Source: the human T2T-CHM13v2.0 reference genome, Homo sapiens. From it: a stretch of 64,000 nucleotides of DNA. The position numbers and the translations under genes are program-made. The stretch lies in assembly GCF_009914755.1 (NCBI RefSeq), contig NC_060938.1; one strand, given 5' to 3'. Shown piece after piece: positions 1 to 13,639 of the stretch; within the stretch, counting starts at the first letter, position 1; every line of letters begins with the position of its first letter. The notes beneath the pieces are model-generated. The model made no database searches, was not told where the DNA came from, and worked only from the letters and a program-made list of their open reading frames with translations.

Positions 1-242
1 CTATATCATGTCTTTGTGATTATAACTTTTAATATCCTATTTTCCAGCTATCTTGAAATACATTGATATTAGCTGTAATCACCCCACTATGTAATAGAAC
101 ACAAGAATGTGTATTCTGCAGCCATTGGATGGAATGTTCTGTAAATGTCTGTCAGGTCCATTTGGTCTATGGTGCAATTTAAGTCTGATGTTTCTTTGTC
201 AATTTTCTGTTTGGATGCTCTGTCCATTGATGAAAGTGGGGT
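1..242 (-). mobile_element. L1M (L1MA/MB-type) remnant: 3'UTR piece (1-107) fused to ORF2 endonuclease-region piece (104-242)
   Basis: Antisense L1 3'-end motif (gtaatcaccccactatgtaatagaacacaagaa) runs directly into the antisense EN-region motif (agaatgtgtattctgcagccattggatggaatgttctgtaaatgtctg...gaaagtggggt). Confidence 0.75.
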
Positions 243-552
243 AAAAATATGTTTAGTTCTATAAGAAGACCTTGTATTTTGTTACTCAATATTGATACCA
301 ATATTTTCTTGTTGGACAATCTTGGTTTTGAGTTAGCTTTTCTGATCCAATTTGAGCTCGCAATTTTTAATCATTCTTTTTCAGCTTTTTTAAGCACTAG
401 CTATTTCTGTTTCTACTAGATGAAAAATGATTTAAGTATGCATTTTACTCCAGGAGTTAAGCCTTTCAGAGTGTCTACTTTGCTATCATGTTATAAGATG
501 CAGTAATGCTACACTTTTAGAAGTGAAAATCACTCCAATATTTAGATTCTGG

Positions 553-760
553 TGTGTGTATGTGTGTATTTTTCATATACACATATACACACTTGTGTAT
601 ATATACATATACACTTGTGTATATATACACGCATATATATGTAGGTGTGTATATATGTATATATTTCTTAAGAGTTAAAAATATATATGGCATATGTATG
701 TGTGTTTTTGTATCTATAAAATATATGTATATATGTATATTTCTTAAAAGTTACAAAATC
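553..760. repeat. (TA/TG/CA)-rich low-complexity tract with an imperfect internal duplication
   Basis: Alternating purine-pyrimidine runs; tatatttcttaagagttaaaaat recurs as tatatttcttaaaagttacaaaat. Confidence 0.85.
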
Positions 761-3141
761 TAGCCAAATTAATTATACAAGGGAGGGTAAATCAGCTTTA
801 GGATGCAGAATGACATATACCTAACATTATGTATCCCATGAGTGTTGCCTATATATTTATAATATAATGAGTGCTGTTTGCACATAATCTAACTAATAAC
901 AACCCATCCTCCCCTTTTGATGTCTAGGATTTTGTATACCTATAAACCCTCTTCAATTGCATGTAATTAACACAATATTTTTCTTTTGAATGCTTGAATG
1001 TTCACTTATGATTTCCATGTGGCTTTATTAAAATGCAAATATTCTTTGTGGCTTGATCAGGGAGGTTGTGTTGTATAATTTGTTACTTTAATGAGCATGA
1101 TAGAATAAACAATGGTTTTTAATAAAGGATGGCCAAACTCAGAATCTTGGACATTTTCTATTGAATAATTTCTAGTGTATGGCACGTCCTGAAAAGATAT
1201 ACTATGAACAGTTAAATTTATTTTTCAAAAGTCAATAACATGATTGAACATACTTTTTGGAGTTCTACTTTGTGTTTTTTAGGAAGTTGAAGTATTTCCA
1301 AGGACATAGCTCCTGTAATGCATAAAATGAGCCCCTGTTTTTGGGTAAATTACCAGGAGGTTGATAAAGATATGAATATATTACTTAACTCTATGCTATT
1401 AATTTATTTGCTGTCATGAGCACTTATTATCCTAGGAAAATAAAGGTAAGACTTAATGAAATTTGTGAGCTGGACCATACATTCAATTTCTTTTAAACTG
1501 GGCTACTTATGCCTAACCCACCTTAACCACTCTGACTACCATTGAGTCTGGAATTCAGATAACCCAACCATACTGTGGTTGCATTAGAAAATCCTGAGGA
1601 CAAGTCATACATCCATCACCAAAAATGGAGTTCTTTGGAACTGTAGTGGTACAGTGGCAGCAACTACAGAAGTAATAGATGATCACCTCGGGGGAATACC
1701 AACAAAATGGAAAAGCTAGGAAGGTTGAGATAAACTTTGCTCTCTTGTGGTGCTGTTCTTATCACTTCAGTGGCCTCTTGTTATGTTTCAAATAAAATTT
1801 TAATATATAAAATATCCTATTGCTATCAGTTTTATCATTCAGTGTTTGGATCTTTATGTCTTTCAGAACATCAGTAAAGAAGAAAATGAACTATGATCAC
1901 AGAAAAAAAGTGCACTGTTACTAATACATATTATTGTTTTAATCCTGTATTGGGCATTATTAAAATGATGGGCAACTAGGAACATCTTAGAGCCTAAATG
2001 GGTCAAACTTGTGAAATATGATGATTATTTCTGATTCCTTACTAGAATCATCTGAACACTTTAATGAGTTTTGGTGTAAAATAGAGTTTAAATGAATATA
2101 CCATGTGGTTATGGTTATTGTTTTCCCAACAGAAGTACATATGGAGCAGCCACTGGGAATTTTCTTTGTGTTTAACTAAACACTTTATATTTAAGGGTCT
2201 TGCAATGGGTTAATCAATTTATTTTTATATTAACTCAACATAATGCTCTTAGTTATTGTAGTAATGTGTAAATAAAAAGGCTTTTTCTGAATAGGGTTTG
2301 TCTTAAATAAAAATAAACATAACAAATACAGAGTCAGGAATTAGTTTCCAGAAGGTTGCTGTCTGAATACTTAGTTATGAAGTCTAAAGTGGCACTGAGA
2401 TCTCAGAAAGGGTGTTGTTTCGAAGCTAGTTTCTTAATAGACAAGGTGGGCTGGAACAGAGGCTCTCACTTGTTTATCCACTGGGATGCTATTGACTGAT
2501 TGATTGCGTTCACGTGAATGCAGAGCTGAACAGAGTAATGTAAGCACCTGCAGAAGACCAATGATTTGTGATGCTTCAAAAGAACATTCTTAAATCTGTG
2601 TTCAACATTGATTTAGAGGAAAGACTGTGATATGTGGGGAAATCATAGGAAAAAAGGACTTTTGGTGGCATGGCCTCAGCTCATCCACTCATTTAACAGG
2701 AACTCTGCTATTAATAACGTCTACTCTCCTTAGAAAAGAGCTAATGATCTTCCCTTGCTATTTCATCATGTTGCTTACTGGTCTCACCTTTCTCCCTCAG
2801 TGACTATCAAAATATTTCTTATAATCACATGTTCCGGCATATAACATTTTCTCTATCCATAATGTTTCCAGTGGGGTTTTGAAACCCCTGTAATATTAGT
2901 GGATTATAATATTATTTCGAGATCCCTTGGAGATGTCAGGTTGGTAAGGTGATCAGTCAGGATCCATATCAAGGTCAAATTTTCATATGCCTATGTGTTT
3001 GATTGTTGCCATCTCACCATCCTTACTGCTCCCTAGTCTAAGTTCTTCTAAGTCAGAATTCCTCTCCCTGTATAGTTCTCAGTTAAATTGTGTACATGAG
3101 AGACTCCTAGAAGGTAGCAAAAGAGATGAACCATTATTTTC

Positions 3142-3495
3142 TTTTTTTTTTTTCCTTCAACTTTTATTTTAGTTCTGAGGTACATGTGCGGGATGTGCAG
3201 GTTTGTTACATAGGTAAACGTGTGCCATGGTGGTTTGCCGCTCAGATCAAACCATCATCTAGGTATTAAGTCCAGCGTCCATTAGCAATTCTTCCTGATT
3301 AGCAGCTCTTCCTCTCCCCATCCTCCTGACAGGCCCCAGTGTGTATTGTTCCCCTCGACGTGTTCATGTGTTCTTATCATTCAGTTCCCACTTATAAGTG
3401 AGAACGTGCATTTTTTGGTTTTCTGTTCCTGTGTTAGTTTGCTGAGGATAATGGCTTCCAGCTCCTTCCGTGTCCCTGCAAAGGACATGATCTCA
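3142..3495 (-). mobile_element. 5'-truncated L1PA 3' end (about L1PA8-L1PA11)
   Basis: Poly-T tail, then the L1PA 3'UTR (gtgcaggtttgttacataggtaaacgtgtgccatggtggtttg). 14-bp TSD gaacca(t/c)tattttc at 3128-3141 and 3496-3509. Confidence 0.92.
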
Positions 3496-6400
3496 GAACC
3501 ACTATTTTCAAGAGGATGGGGTAGGTAGCAGTGTGGGTGGGCTAATTTTTCTGGACTAACTTCATTTTGACTTAAATGTAATTGAAAACAAGGACCCGAA
3601 GCCTAGCTGGCATGAGAAAAGGCTCATGATATTGGCTACACGGCTTTTAATTCTAAAAGCCTGTAAAGTGAAACAGTCATATAAGGAAAAACATAAGCTA
3701 GGAAGAAAGCAAAGTGATAAAACACTATAAAGATCTACATAATAGAATATTAAAATTGGGAGAAACGTACACTTTAATGACCTTTTTCTTTTCCTCATCT
3801 GTAAAATTAAATTTGGGAGTTGGTAATACTGACAATGACCTCAACTGAGTCTACGCTGGTCATTAACTGTGGATATTTCACAACGGAGATTTGGTATATT
3901 AAAGCAAATTGAAATTATACTAATCAGTTAACTCTGTTATACATCACCTCTCTACAAAGTGTTAAACTGCAATGGCAATCTATAAATTTAAAGAAAAGCT
4001 ATTTACTGAAGAGTAGGTTTTAATTAAAATAAATAAAACAAATATGAATAGTCATGATCTGTGATTTCTAGTTTTTCATTTGCTTTGAGGTTTTTGTAGC
4101 TTCCAGAAGGAAAATCTAGCCAATCTCCTTCTCTTTGTACAAGTATAAGAACACTTTCCATCAATTTCTCTTTGCTAAAATCCTTTTAGAAAAGTAAGAC
4201 GAATGTCGGTTTGTGAGGCTCTGCCCACTTGAGGGCCTGGTTAACTATCCATCAGTGTCTGACTACCAGAACAAAGCCTTCTCAGGACAAATGAAAATTC
4301 CCTCCTTCCTAAACTTTACTAACAAGTTTTTTTGTTTTGTTTTTGTTTTTTTTTTAAAGAGAATGTTGGTTTCAGTGAAATCTCTAGGCATGCCAAATCT
4401 AGAACTGTGTGTATCTTTGGGGGATCATATATCTGAAAAATCTGCATAAATTTTTAAGGATAAAACAGGAGAAAATTTTTTCTCCAAAGACTTAGTTTGC
4501 CTGCTCATGTAATTATGTTTGTGCAACAGGTTGAAATTGACTCCTGTCACCTTACAATGTATTCAGTACTCCACTCTGGTTGTCACAGTTCCTCCCCATC
4601 ACACCCTGTAATTTTGGAGAAATGACTCAAATTAATCTGATGTCACAAAGAAGAAGAAAATTGCTTATTGCCTAAGTTTCCAGTTTTCAGATGATTCCTT
4701 TGATTTCATTTATTGATAGTCATGGTGCATCATCCACTCAGTTTTCCAGCTTCTCTTGAGGAGTTCCTTTGAAGAGCTATGGTCAGACAGCAAACTGAGG
4801 GGAGTGATAGAGGATCTTTATTTGAATTGTTTTGAAATCAGTTACAATCGCTACTTCCATCCACAATTTCTATATCCAGAAAGAAAAGTCAGTCTTGCTG
4901 CATTTCGTTCATTAAGAATTCAGAGACTCAGAAGAAAGATTGGTTTTAACAATTGCATTCCCTCACTTAGCTTATACTTGAGTTGACTGTTGACCCCAGA
5001 ATATGCTCTCTTGTCAATAATCTCAGGTCCTCCCTCTGCCTGCTGAAACCAAGTGGTGCTAAAGACCCTGACCTCTAAGCTTTCTCCTGCTTTATGCATT
5101 ATTATGTCTTTTAATTCTGTTCTTTCCTTATTTGCCTTTAGTTACCTGTGTCCCTGATATTATGTCCTATAAGACCTGGAAGATGTGCAGGGACAGCTCA
5201 TTACTAGACTTTCGTCACCAAAAATTCTTACTAATAACTATTGTGAACACAACAGGAATGTTCTTATTGCTTGTCTTCCATTCCAAGTACTGTCAGTCCT
5301 TGAGTGTGCTTTTAGAAGCTTAGTTTTTCTTTGATACTCCTCTCTCCTCATTTCTTCTTTGTCCTCTGCCCTCTCTGTAGGGTCAATGCTTTATTAATAT
5401 CTGTTTGGTATCCACATGATCTGAGTGTGGAAAATAACCCTTCCTATCTATATTTTAGGATGTCTATGGTGATATCCTGTAGAATTCTATATAGGAATAC
5501 TTTGGGTCTTTTAGAATACTCAAAGTGGGGAAGCTACACATTTGGCAGATATTTAAAACTAGATTATTCTCTTCTGGGCTGATTTTGTGAGATTTCCAGA
5601 GATTATTATACTTGCCTTCATTTCTGGGGATCTTTCAAATGTATTTCCCTTGATGTGGATAAATGTATCGCTTCTGTCTGATGATGTGTTATTTCTCCTT
5701 CAAAACCAAGATGTTCCTTTGGCTGAGGACTCCGCTCCTCTCCAGGCATCCTTCTTGGACAGAATTTAAGTCAATCTTTCTACAGTACTCTCTTGACTAT
5801 ACCCTGAAAATTCTGGGAATAGACATTGTCCACAAATTTGTAACTTGTTTTTCTCTTCCAGCAGAGTAGCTAGGCAGCCGTTGCCACTCTCCCTTTAGGC
5901 TTCCCAGCATGTGATCAGTCTGCTGTGTCTTCCAAGTTCTATAGAAAACAGATAAAGCTCTCCAAGGCATCCCATTGAATCCTCCTTCCATGGTTTTGGA
6001 AATAACTTAAATCCCTCTTAGCCTCCTTCCATGGCATATGGGTAGAGAACTCAGAGAACCTTGACCGCTCTCCCCAATAATTATTTTTTAAGTCCATCTC
6101 CTCTGGCCTCTCCAGCCTCTTTAATAGATGGATATGAATTTTCAGTTGAGGGTTTTAAAACTACTTTGTTATTGCTTCTTTTGCTTGCAGGTCTTGATTT
6201 TAGAATGTGGTAGTAGTTGACATCTATGACCTTATTAAGATTTCAGTTAAAACTGATTCTAAGTCCATCCTGTAGGACCTAAAAAAATAAAACATGAGCT
6301 ATTTAGACAAGGACACACTATAGTTGGTCCTCTTAGTCAAATCTAGTGAAAATTTTAATCCATTTCTTCATGACAGGAATTGGAAACAAATGTATGTATT

Positions 6401-6575
6401 TATTTTTTATTATTTTTAGTATTTATATTTTTATAACTTTATTTTATTATTTTAATTTTTTTCTTGTATAGCAATGCCTAAAAGTATTGTAAACCACAAC
6501 CATTCTCATTTAATCTTTTTTTTTCCTTCTTTAAGAAAGCCCTAAATAAAGTATCTGGATTGGATTAAAATAAAG

Positions 6576-7200
6576 TCACTAGAATGTAAGCTCCTCAGAA
6601 GCAGGAATTGCAGTGGACATCTCTTGTGTCCCACTTCCTGACTTTTTGGTCACTGTTTTCACCCCAGTCATTGCTATGCTATACTTTTACGCAGGTATAA
6701 TCTGACAGCACTTTGCATTACCTCTACCACAAATTCCTTGCTTTTGGCATCTTACTCTGTCACTTCTGAGATGCCTATAAGATTATGCTCAACCTTTCTG
6801 ATACATGCAGAGGAGAGCCTTTCTGATACATAGAGCTAATGTTCTATGGTATAACCCTTTGCCATTGAGAACAAAAATTTCTCTTTTTTGTTTCAGGTGG
6901 ACAATACTGACTTTTGTGTACATGGCTTCTCAGAAGATCCCCAATGGAATTGTGTTCTAGTTGTTTACTGAGCTGTAATCAATCAGCTCAGTGATGCAAC
7001 CTGAAATTAACTTTCCCTCCTTCCCTGTGTTGCCCTTCTAGTATTCTACTCCAGTTACTTGTGTTCACTCTCAGGCTCCTTTTAGGGGGAACCTAGGCTA
7101 AGACTGTAACTATTATTTCTTTTTTCCCTGAAGAATTCCAAGCACTTAGAATGGTGCCTAGAATATAGTGAACACTCTTAAAAAATTGTTGAATTTATCA
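6576..7200 (+). mobile_element. L2 3'-end fragment (6576-6608 and 7106-7200) split by LTR16
   Basis: actagaatgtaagctcctcagaagcaggaat on the left and agcacttagaatggtgcctagaatatagt...ttgttgaat on the right match the L2 3' terminus. Confidence 0.65.
6609..7105 (+). mobile_element. LTR16-family (ERVL) solo LTR
   Basis: Begins tgcagtggacatctcttgtgtccc and ends ctcaggctcc...ggggaacctaggctaagac, both typical LTR16 termini. Confidence 0.7.
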
Positions 7201-9694
7201 CTGAACTGCAACAGTATGGTGTCCAGAGGATGGACAAGATAAGCATTCTTTCTTGGAGAATGCAGCCTAGAGAAATTCTCCTCCTCTGTGGGTTGTGCTA
7301 CATCTTAAATAGATTATGAATAGTAGGTGCAGTCCACATCTCTCTGATGTACTGTCAGAAACATGCCCTGCAAAAAAGGACTTGCCTCTTCACACTAGCA
7401 TCAGGCTCTCCAGGAAAATGATGTTTTACTAGGAGAATTATAGCAGGCCAGCATGATAGATTGTTCTTTGCTCATAAATAATGCAAAGGTGATACCAGGC
7501 AAAGATAAAAGCCAGTGATTTATTCCCCATAACCTTTATGTAAACCTAATAAATTCTGCGCAGTGGTGTCTGTGAATGTGACAGTGGCTGTGGCACTGGA
7601 TCGTGTTGACAATGGCAAGCATTTCATGCATTGAGAACAAGAGCTGAAGAGAACACTCCTTCTCATTTCTCTTGGGCTCTCTCACCAAGAAAAGACACTA
7701 ATATTTTCAGAATGAAGAAGACTCAAGAATTAACAAAAATAACATTTATGTAGAGAGAAGTCAGTACTACAAAATCACATTATGTAAGCTCTCATCATGA
7801 ATGAATTGATTTGCATAAGGTTTTTATTATTTCTAGTGGGTAAAGTTATAAAAATTACATGTATAGATACATATATAGTGACTTTGTTTCTCAGTTGCAA
7901 AGTTATAGAACTTGCACATGCATCCACATACACATGCATACACACATCTATATAGTTGTACAGTAACCCAGCAACATGGGAGGCTCCTGCTCAATTGAAC
8001 CAAAATATAAAAGGGTTAGTTCTGAAATTTCTAAGAGTGAGACTTTAGAATCTTTAGTATTTTTTTATTGTCTTTATTGGTTAAAAAAAAACCCACATTG
8101 ATGAGGAATTTTAGATGAGAACTAGTATTGTACTAAATCATTCTTCACTCTGGTACAGATTCACATGGGAAGTCACAGTGCATAGTGAAAACGAGGCTCA
8201 GAGAAATATGTGTTTTTTATGTTAGGAGGGGGTGAACCTTAAAAATAATGAATTATTTAATAATTCAATGAGAAAAATACTGATGAGAATTAGTATATCA
8301 ATACTAATTCTAAAATGAGGAGAGTCAGGGGAAATAATAACAACTACACACTTGCCCCAGCATCGGTTCAATATAGTGGAATTTATTGCATTCTAAAAGT
8401 ACCGAGGTATCATAACATATAAAGCAATATATTCCAGTGACATTTATAAGACTTATTCTACTAGAGTTATTCAACCTTTCACCTCAATTGTGCTATGCAA
8501 CTTCCCTCTATGAAAATTTCTTTTTTCTTTTTCTGAGGTTCCAAAATCCTTGAAGAACTCAAAGGAGATGACAGAGATGCAGCATAAGCTTAATTAGCTA
8601 AATTGACTTAGATAATATTGTTAATTATTTCTATAGCCATTTGGCAAAGGTTAACTTTTAAACTTAAATAAGAGATGCTGTCATTTGCTTCTAAATAAAA
8701 GTGCTGACTTTAGTAAAGAAAACAACAGCAAAACACTGCAGTTTCATCTATGGCATTGACCTTCATAGAGAGATTGTTCGCACAGTAAGCACTGAATGCT
8801 TTGTTTCTCCTTTTGACTGGTACTTGGAATCAGGTTTTTGCTTTAGGCACTTCCCTATAACAAACACGATTTTTTTGAATTAATTAAAAAAACACAACTG
8901 CAACATGAAGAATAGGAAGCATCAATATTAGAAATTCAATTTCTAGCAATGTGCCTGTGCAATTATGAAGCAGCTACACACTTTAGCTACCCTTGATATA
9001 AAACATAAGTTATAAAAAAGGCAATGCAGCTTCCAAGTTCCCCCAAAAAATGAGAACATTGCAACATGCTTGAACTTTGACCCTCCTATAGGTTGGCTTT
9101 TTGGAACTGTCTGCCACAACAGCTTAGATCTTGCTCTTCATAAACATAAAGTAACTTACATATAAAGGGAATTCCCAAAAAGCAAGTAGCATTAAAGAGA
9201 AGTTTTCTTTTCTGGGGAGTGAAATATATAATGAATAAGTATAAGTAAATACAGACCTTCCTGTGCCATACTCCTGCAGCCAGTCATTAAAAGTACTATC
9301 CACTGTTATTAAGATGCCCAGATTCAAATTAATAAATTATTATATCACACACTGTATTTATTTTGTGCCAGCTGCCCTCTTAACCATGTGGTAGGGACAT
9401 AGAGAATAGTTAGCTATTCTGGATTCAAAGAGAGCCAAAAACTCTAGTTAGCAAGATGAAATAAATCTAAATCATATAACAAATTAATATGTTAATGTTA
9501 CCTTTCATCTGAATTAGTAAAATGTCATTTTCTCTAGTCTACTTTTTAATTATCAAACTTCAGTGATACTATGCTTATGCTTTTAAAAAGTGACTTTCCT
9601 TCTCATATATTTTTTACAACTCCACACTGTTGATAGGTAAAGACAAACTCAGTGGTATGTGTTAAGTAATTACAGGGCATGGGTCAAAGCCTTG

Positions 9695-10143
9695 TGTTGG
9701 AAGACAGTTCTCCATGGGTCTCATTTTCCTACTCATTTTTGAGAAGACTGTCTTTGTTCCAGACTACTTTTCCAAGAATATTTGCATAGTGAGCTTTGGA
9801 AGATGTAGATTGTGTTTTCCTTCAGAACCAATGGCAGGTTTATTTACTGTATAATAAAATAAAGAAAATGAATTACTTCAGGTCAAAAGTCAAGTATATT
9901 TACTGTGTGGTATAAAAGATTCAGTTGGCACAAGCTTAGGGTACCTTCTTTGTGATGCAATCCACTTTGAGAGTAGGTGTTACCAGGCCCACTTTGCATT
10001 TTCCTGTTGGAATTTGGGCCTGGAAAGCCAGCAAAGCTGCTGCTCTTTTTGTTACTGTTACTGCTGTGAATAACAAAGTACTATGCTCTTCTGCCAGCAT
10101 CCATGAGACTGTCAGACCAGCTCATTAGCTCAGACCCCTTACA
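9695..10143 (+). mobile_element. ERVL-class solo LTR (LTR40-like)
   Basis: tgttggaagacagttctccatgggtctc...ctttgttccagactacttttccaag...gccagcatccatgagactg...cagaccccttaca, with TG...CA termini. Confidence 0.65.
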
Positions 10144-10460
10144 ACTCCTTACTTTTGCCACCTCCCTTGCCTTTTTTTAAAAGCTCTATTTGATTATCTA
10201 ACAATCTGAGCAGTGAAAGGACAAAAATTTCTGGGTGAATTATTGGGAGAAAGAGAATCAGCATAGTAGAAAAATTACCTTTTTCAAGTGGAAGTCTGTA
10301 ATATGGAGTAAAGGGATTAATGAACCAATGGAGTGCAGAGGAGGGACATTATTTAAAAGTAGAAAACTTAAATTTGGCCATTTGGAATTTTTCACAACTT
10401 GGTCCATCTTTCTGGATATGGATAAAGTTTCATTCTCATTTATTTATTCTAGTTATGTTC

Positions 10461-10463
<3 letters not shown>

Positions 10464-10502
<39 letters not shown>
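10464..10502. repeat. (CA)n microsatellite, about 19 units
   Basis: Read directly from the sequence. Confidence 0.98.
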
Positions 10503-10503
<1 letters not shown>

Positions 10504-12596
10504 TCCATTCTCATTTTTTATATATGTGAATTCGCAATTATTTTTAAACTAATTTGTGTGTCAAAGTTCCATATTATTTAGTTTATTATCAAATGTAGCT
10601 GCTTTGTTATTATATAACTCTTCTTCTCTTCCTCACATTTACCTAACATCTTTCTCCAGTCCCCCTACCATCCCTAGTTCTAACAATTTTTTGTTGAGTC
10701 TTTAAGGTTTTCTGCAGATAGGATCATGTCATCAGCAAATGGAGATCATTTTACTACTTCCTTTCCAATTTACATGCCTTCTTTTTCTTATCTAATTGCT
10801 CTGGCTAGGCCTACCAGTCCTACTTTGAGTAGAAGTGGTGAGAAGGGGCATCCTTGTCTTGTTTCATATCTTACAGGAAAGGTTTTCAGTTTTTCACAGT
10901 TGAGTGTAATGTTAGCTGTGGGCTTCTCATATATGGCCTTTATTATGTTCAGAGAGATTTCCTCTATACATATTTTGTTGAGAATTTTACCATGAATGAA
11001 TGTTGAATTTTGTCAAGTGTTATTTCTGTATCGATTGAGACAACTGTGGTTTTTATCTTTTATCCTGTTTACATGGTGTTTACCCTTATTGATTTGTATA
11101 CATTGAACCATCCTTACATTCTAGTGATAAATCCTACCTGACCATAGTGTATAATCCACTTAATGTGATGTTAAATTTGGTTGAATAGTATTTTGAGGAT
11201 TTTTGCACCTAATTTCATCAGGCATATTGGCCTATAGTTTTCTTTTATTGTGGTGTCTTTGTCTAGCTTTGATATCAGGGTGATCCTGGTTCATAAAATG
11301 AGTTCGGACCTACTCTGTTTCTATTTTGGAAGATTTAAGAAGAATTGGTGTTAATTATTCTTTCAAATATTTGGTAGAATTCACCCAGGAAGACATTTTA
11401 TCTTGGACTTTCTTATTGGGAAGTTTTTGATTGCTACTTAATCTCTTTATTTTTTATTACTCTGTTCAAGCTTTCTATTTCTTCTTGATTCAGTTTTGGT
11501 AGATTATATATCTTTAGAAATTTATTTCTTAGATTATCTAATTTATTGTTATCTGATTATTTATAATAGTCCCTTATGAATTATTTGTCAGGTAACCATT
11601 GTAACATCTTCTCTTTCATTTATAATTTTATTTATTTGGGTCTTTTTTTCTTTTCTTTTTTTTTAGTTAGACTAGCTAAGGATTTGCGAATTTTGTTTAT
11701 TTTTTCAAAATTCAATTCTTAGATTTTTTTTTTTCTATTCTCTCTTCATTTGATTTATTTCTAATGTTCTTTTTTTCTTCAGTTAACATAGGGCTTAATT
11801 TGGCCTTCTTCTTTTTCTAATTTCTTGAAATGTAAAGTTAGGTTGTTAATTTGAAACCTTTCTTCTTTAATGTAGTAATCTACTGCTATAAATTTTCCTC
11901 TTAGTATTGATTTTGCTGTCTCCCATACATTTTGGTATGTTGTGTTTTCATTTTCATTTATCCCAAGTTATTTTTAAAGTTCCCTTTGATTATCTATTTG
12001 ATGCAATGGTTGTTCATGAGTGTTGTTAGTTTCCACAACTTTGAGAATTTTTCCATTTTCTTACTGTTATTGATTGGTAGTTTCATTGTATTTTGGTCAG
12101 AAAGGATACTTGGAATGATTTTGGTCTTCTTAAATTTGTTAATACTTGTTTTGTGACCTAACACGTGATCTATCCTGGAAAATAATCTATGTGCTCTTAA
12201 GAAGAATGTGTATTCCTCTGCTGTTGGGTGGAGAATGTTGTATGAATGTATGTTCATTTGGTCTGTAGTATTATTTCTGCCATTTACTTATTAATTTTCT
12301 GTCTGGGTGATGTATTCATTATAGAGATTAGGGTATTGAATTCTTCTACTCTTATTGTATTGCTATCTATTTATCTCTTCAGATTTGTCAATGTTTGCTT
12401 TATAATTTAGATGCTTTGATATTGGGTACATGTATATTTATAATTGTTATATCTTCTTGTTAAATCAACTTTATATCATTATATAATTACTGTCTTTGTC
12501 TCTTGTGACAATTTTTGACATAGAGTCTACTTTGTCACATATAAGTACAGCAACTGCTGTTCTCTTTTGGTTACTATTAATATTTGTGTGGAATAT

Positions 12597-13639
12597 GGGC
12601 AAATACTACATGACAAAAATGCTAAAAGCAATTGCAACAAAAGCAAAAATTGACAAATCATATCTAATTAAACTAAAGAGCTTCTGCACAGCAAAAGAAA
12701 CTATCATCAGAGTGAACAGGCAACCTACAGAATGGGGGAATATTTTTTCAATTTGCCCATCTGACAAATGTCTAATATCCAGAATTTACAAGGAACTTAA
12801 ACACATTTACAAGAAAAAAACAAACAACCCCATGAAAAAGTGGGCAAAAGATATGAACAGACACTTCTCAAAAGAAGACATTTATGCGGCCAACAAACAT
12901 ATGAAAAAAAGGGCAACATCACTGATCATCAGAGAAATTCAAATCAAAACCACAATGAGACACCATCTCACACCAGTTAGAATGGCGATTATTAAAAGTC
13001 AGGAAACAATAGACGGTGGTGAGGCTGTAGAGAAATAGGAACGCTTTTACACTGTTGGTGAGAATGTAAATTAGTTCAACCATTGTGGAAGACAGTATGG
13101 CGATTCCTCAAGGATCTAGAACCAGAATACCATTTGACCCAGCAGTCCCATTACTGGGTATATACTTAAAGGAATATAAATCATTCTACTACAAAGACAC
13201 ATGCACATGTATGTTTATGGCAGCACTATTTTTAATAACAAAGACATGGAATCAACCCAAATGCCCATCAATGATAGCGTGGATAAAGAAAATGTAGTAC
13301 ATGTATACCATGGGATACTATGCAGCCATAAAAAGGAATGAGATCATGTCCTTTGCAGGGACATGGATAAAGCTAAAAGCCATCATCCTCAGCAAACTAA
13401 CAGAGGAACAGAAAACCAAACACCACATGTTCTCACAAGTAGGAGCTGAACAATAGAACCACATGGACACAAAGAGGGGAACAACACATACCAGGGCCTG
13501 TTGGTGGGTGGGCAGTGAGGGGAGGGAACTTAAAGTATGGGTCAATAGGTGCAGCAAACCACAATGGCACACGTATACCTATGTAACAAACCTGCATGTT
13601 CTGCACATGTATCCTGTTATTTTTTTTAGAAGAAATAAA
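12597..13639 (+). mobile_element. 5'-truncated L1PA (L1PA8A-like): ORF2 C-terminus plus 3'UTR
   Basis: ORF 12496-13038 carries the L1 ORF2 C-terminus ([35 protein letters not shown]). The 3' end has ttttttttagaagaaataaaa. 18-bp TSD aatatttgtgt(g/t)gaatat at 12579-12596 and 13640-13657. Confidence 0.93.

Noticed and set aside
554-763. ORFs made of YI/HT/RE dipeptide runs (also at 10235, 20571 and 33932)
   Set aside because: Translations of dinucleotide microsatellites.
12496-13038. 180-aa ORF, the longest in the window
   Set aside because: It is the C-terminal part of L1 ORF2 from a 5'-truncated L1PA, fused to antisense older L1 sequence. It is not a host gene.
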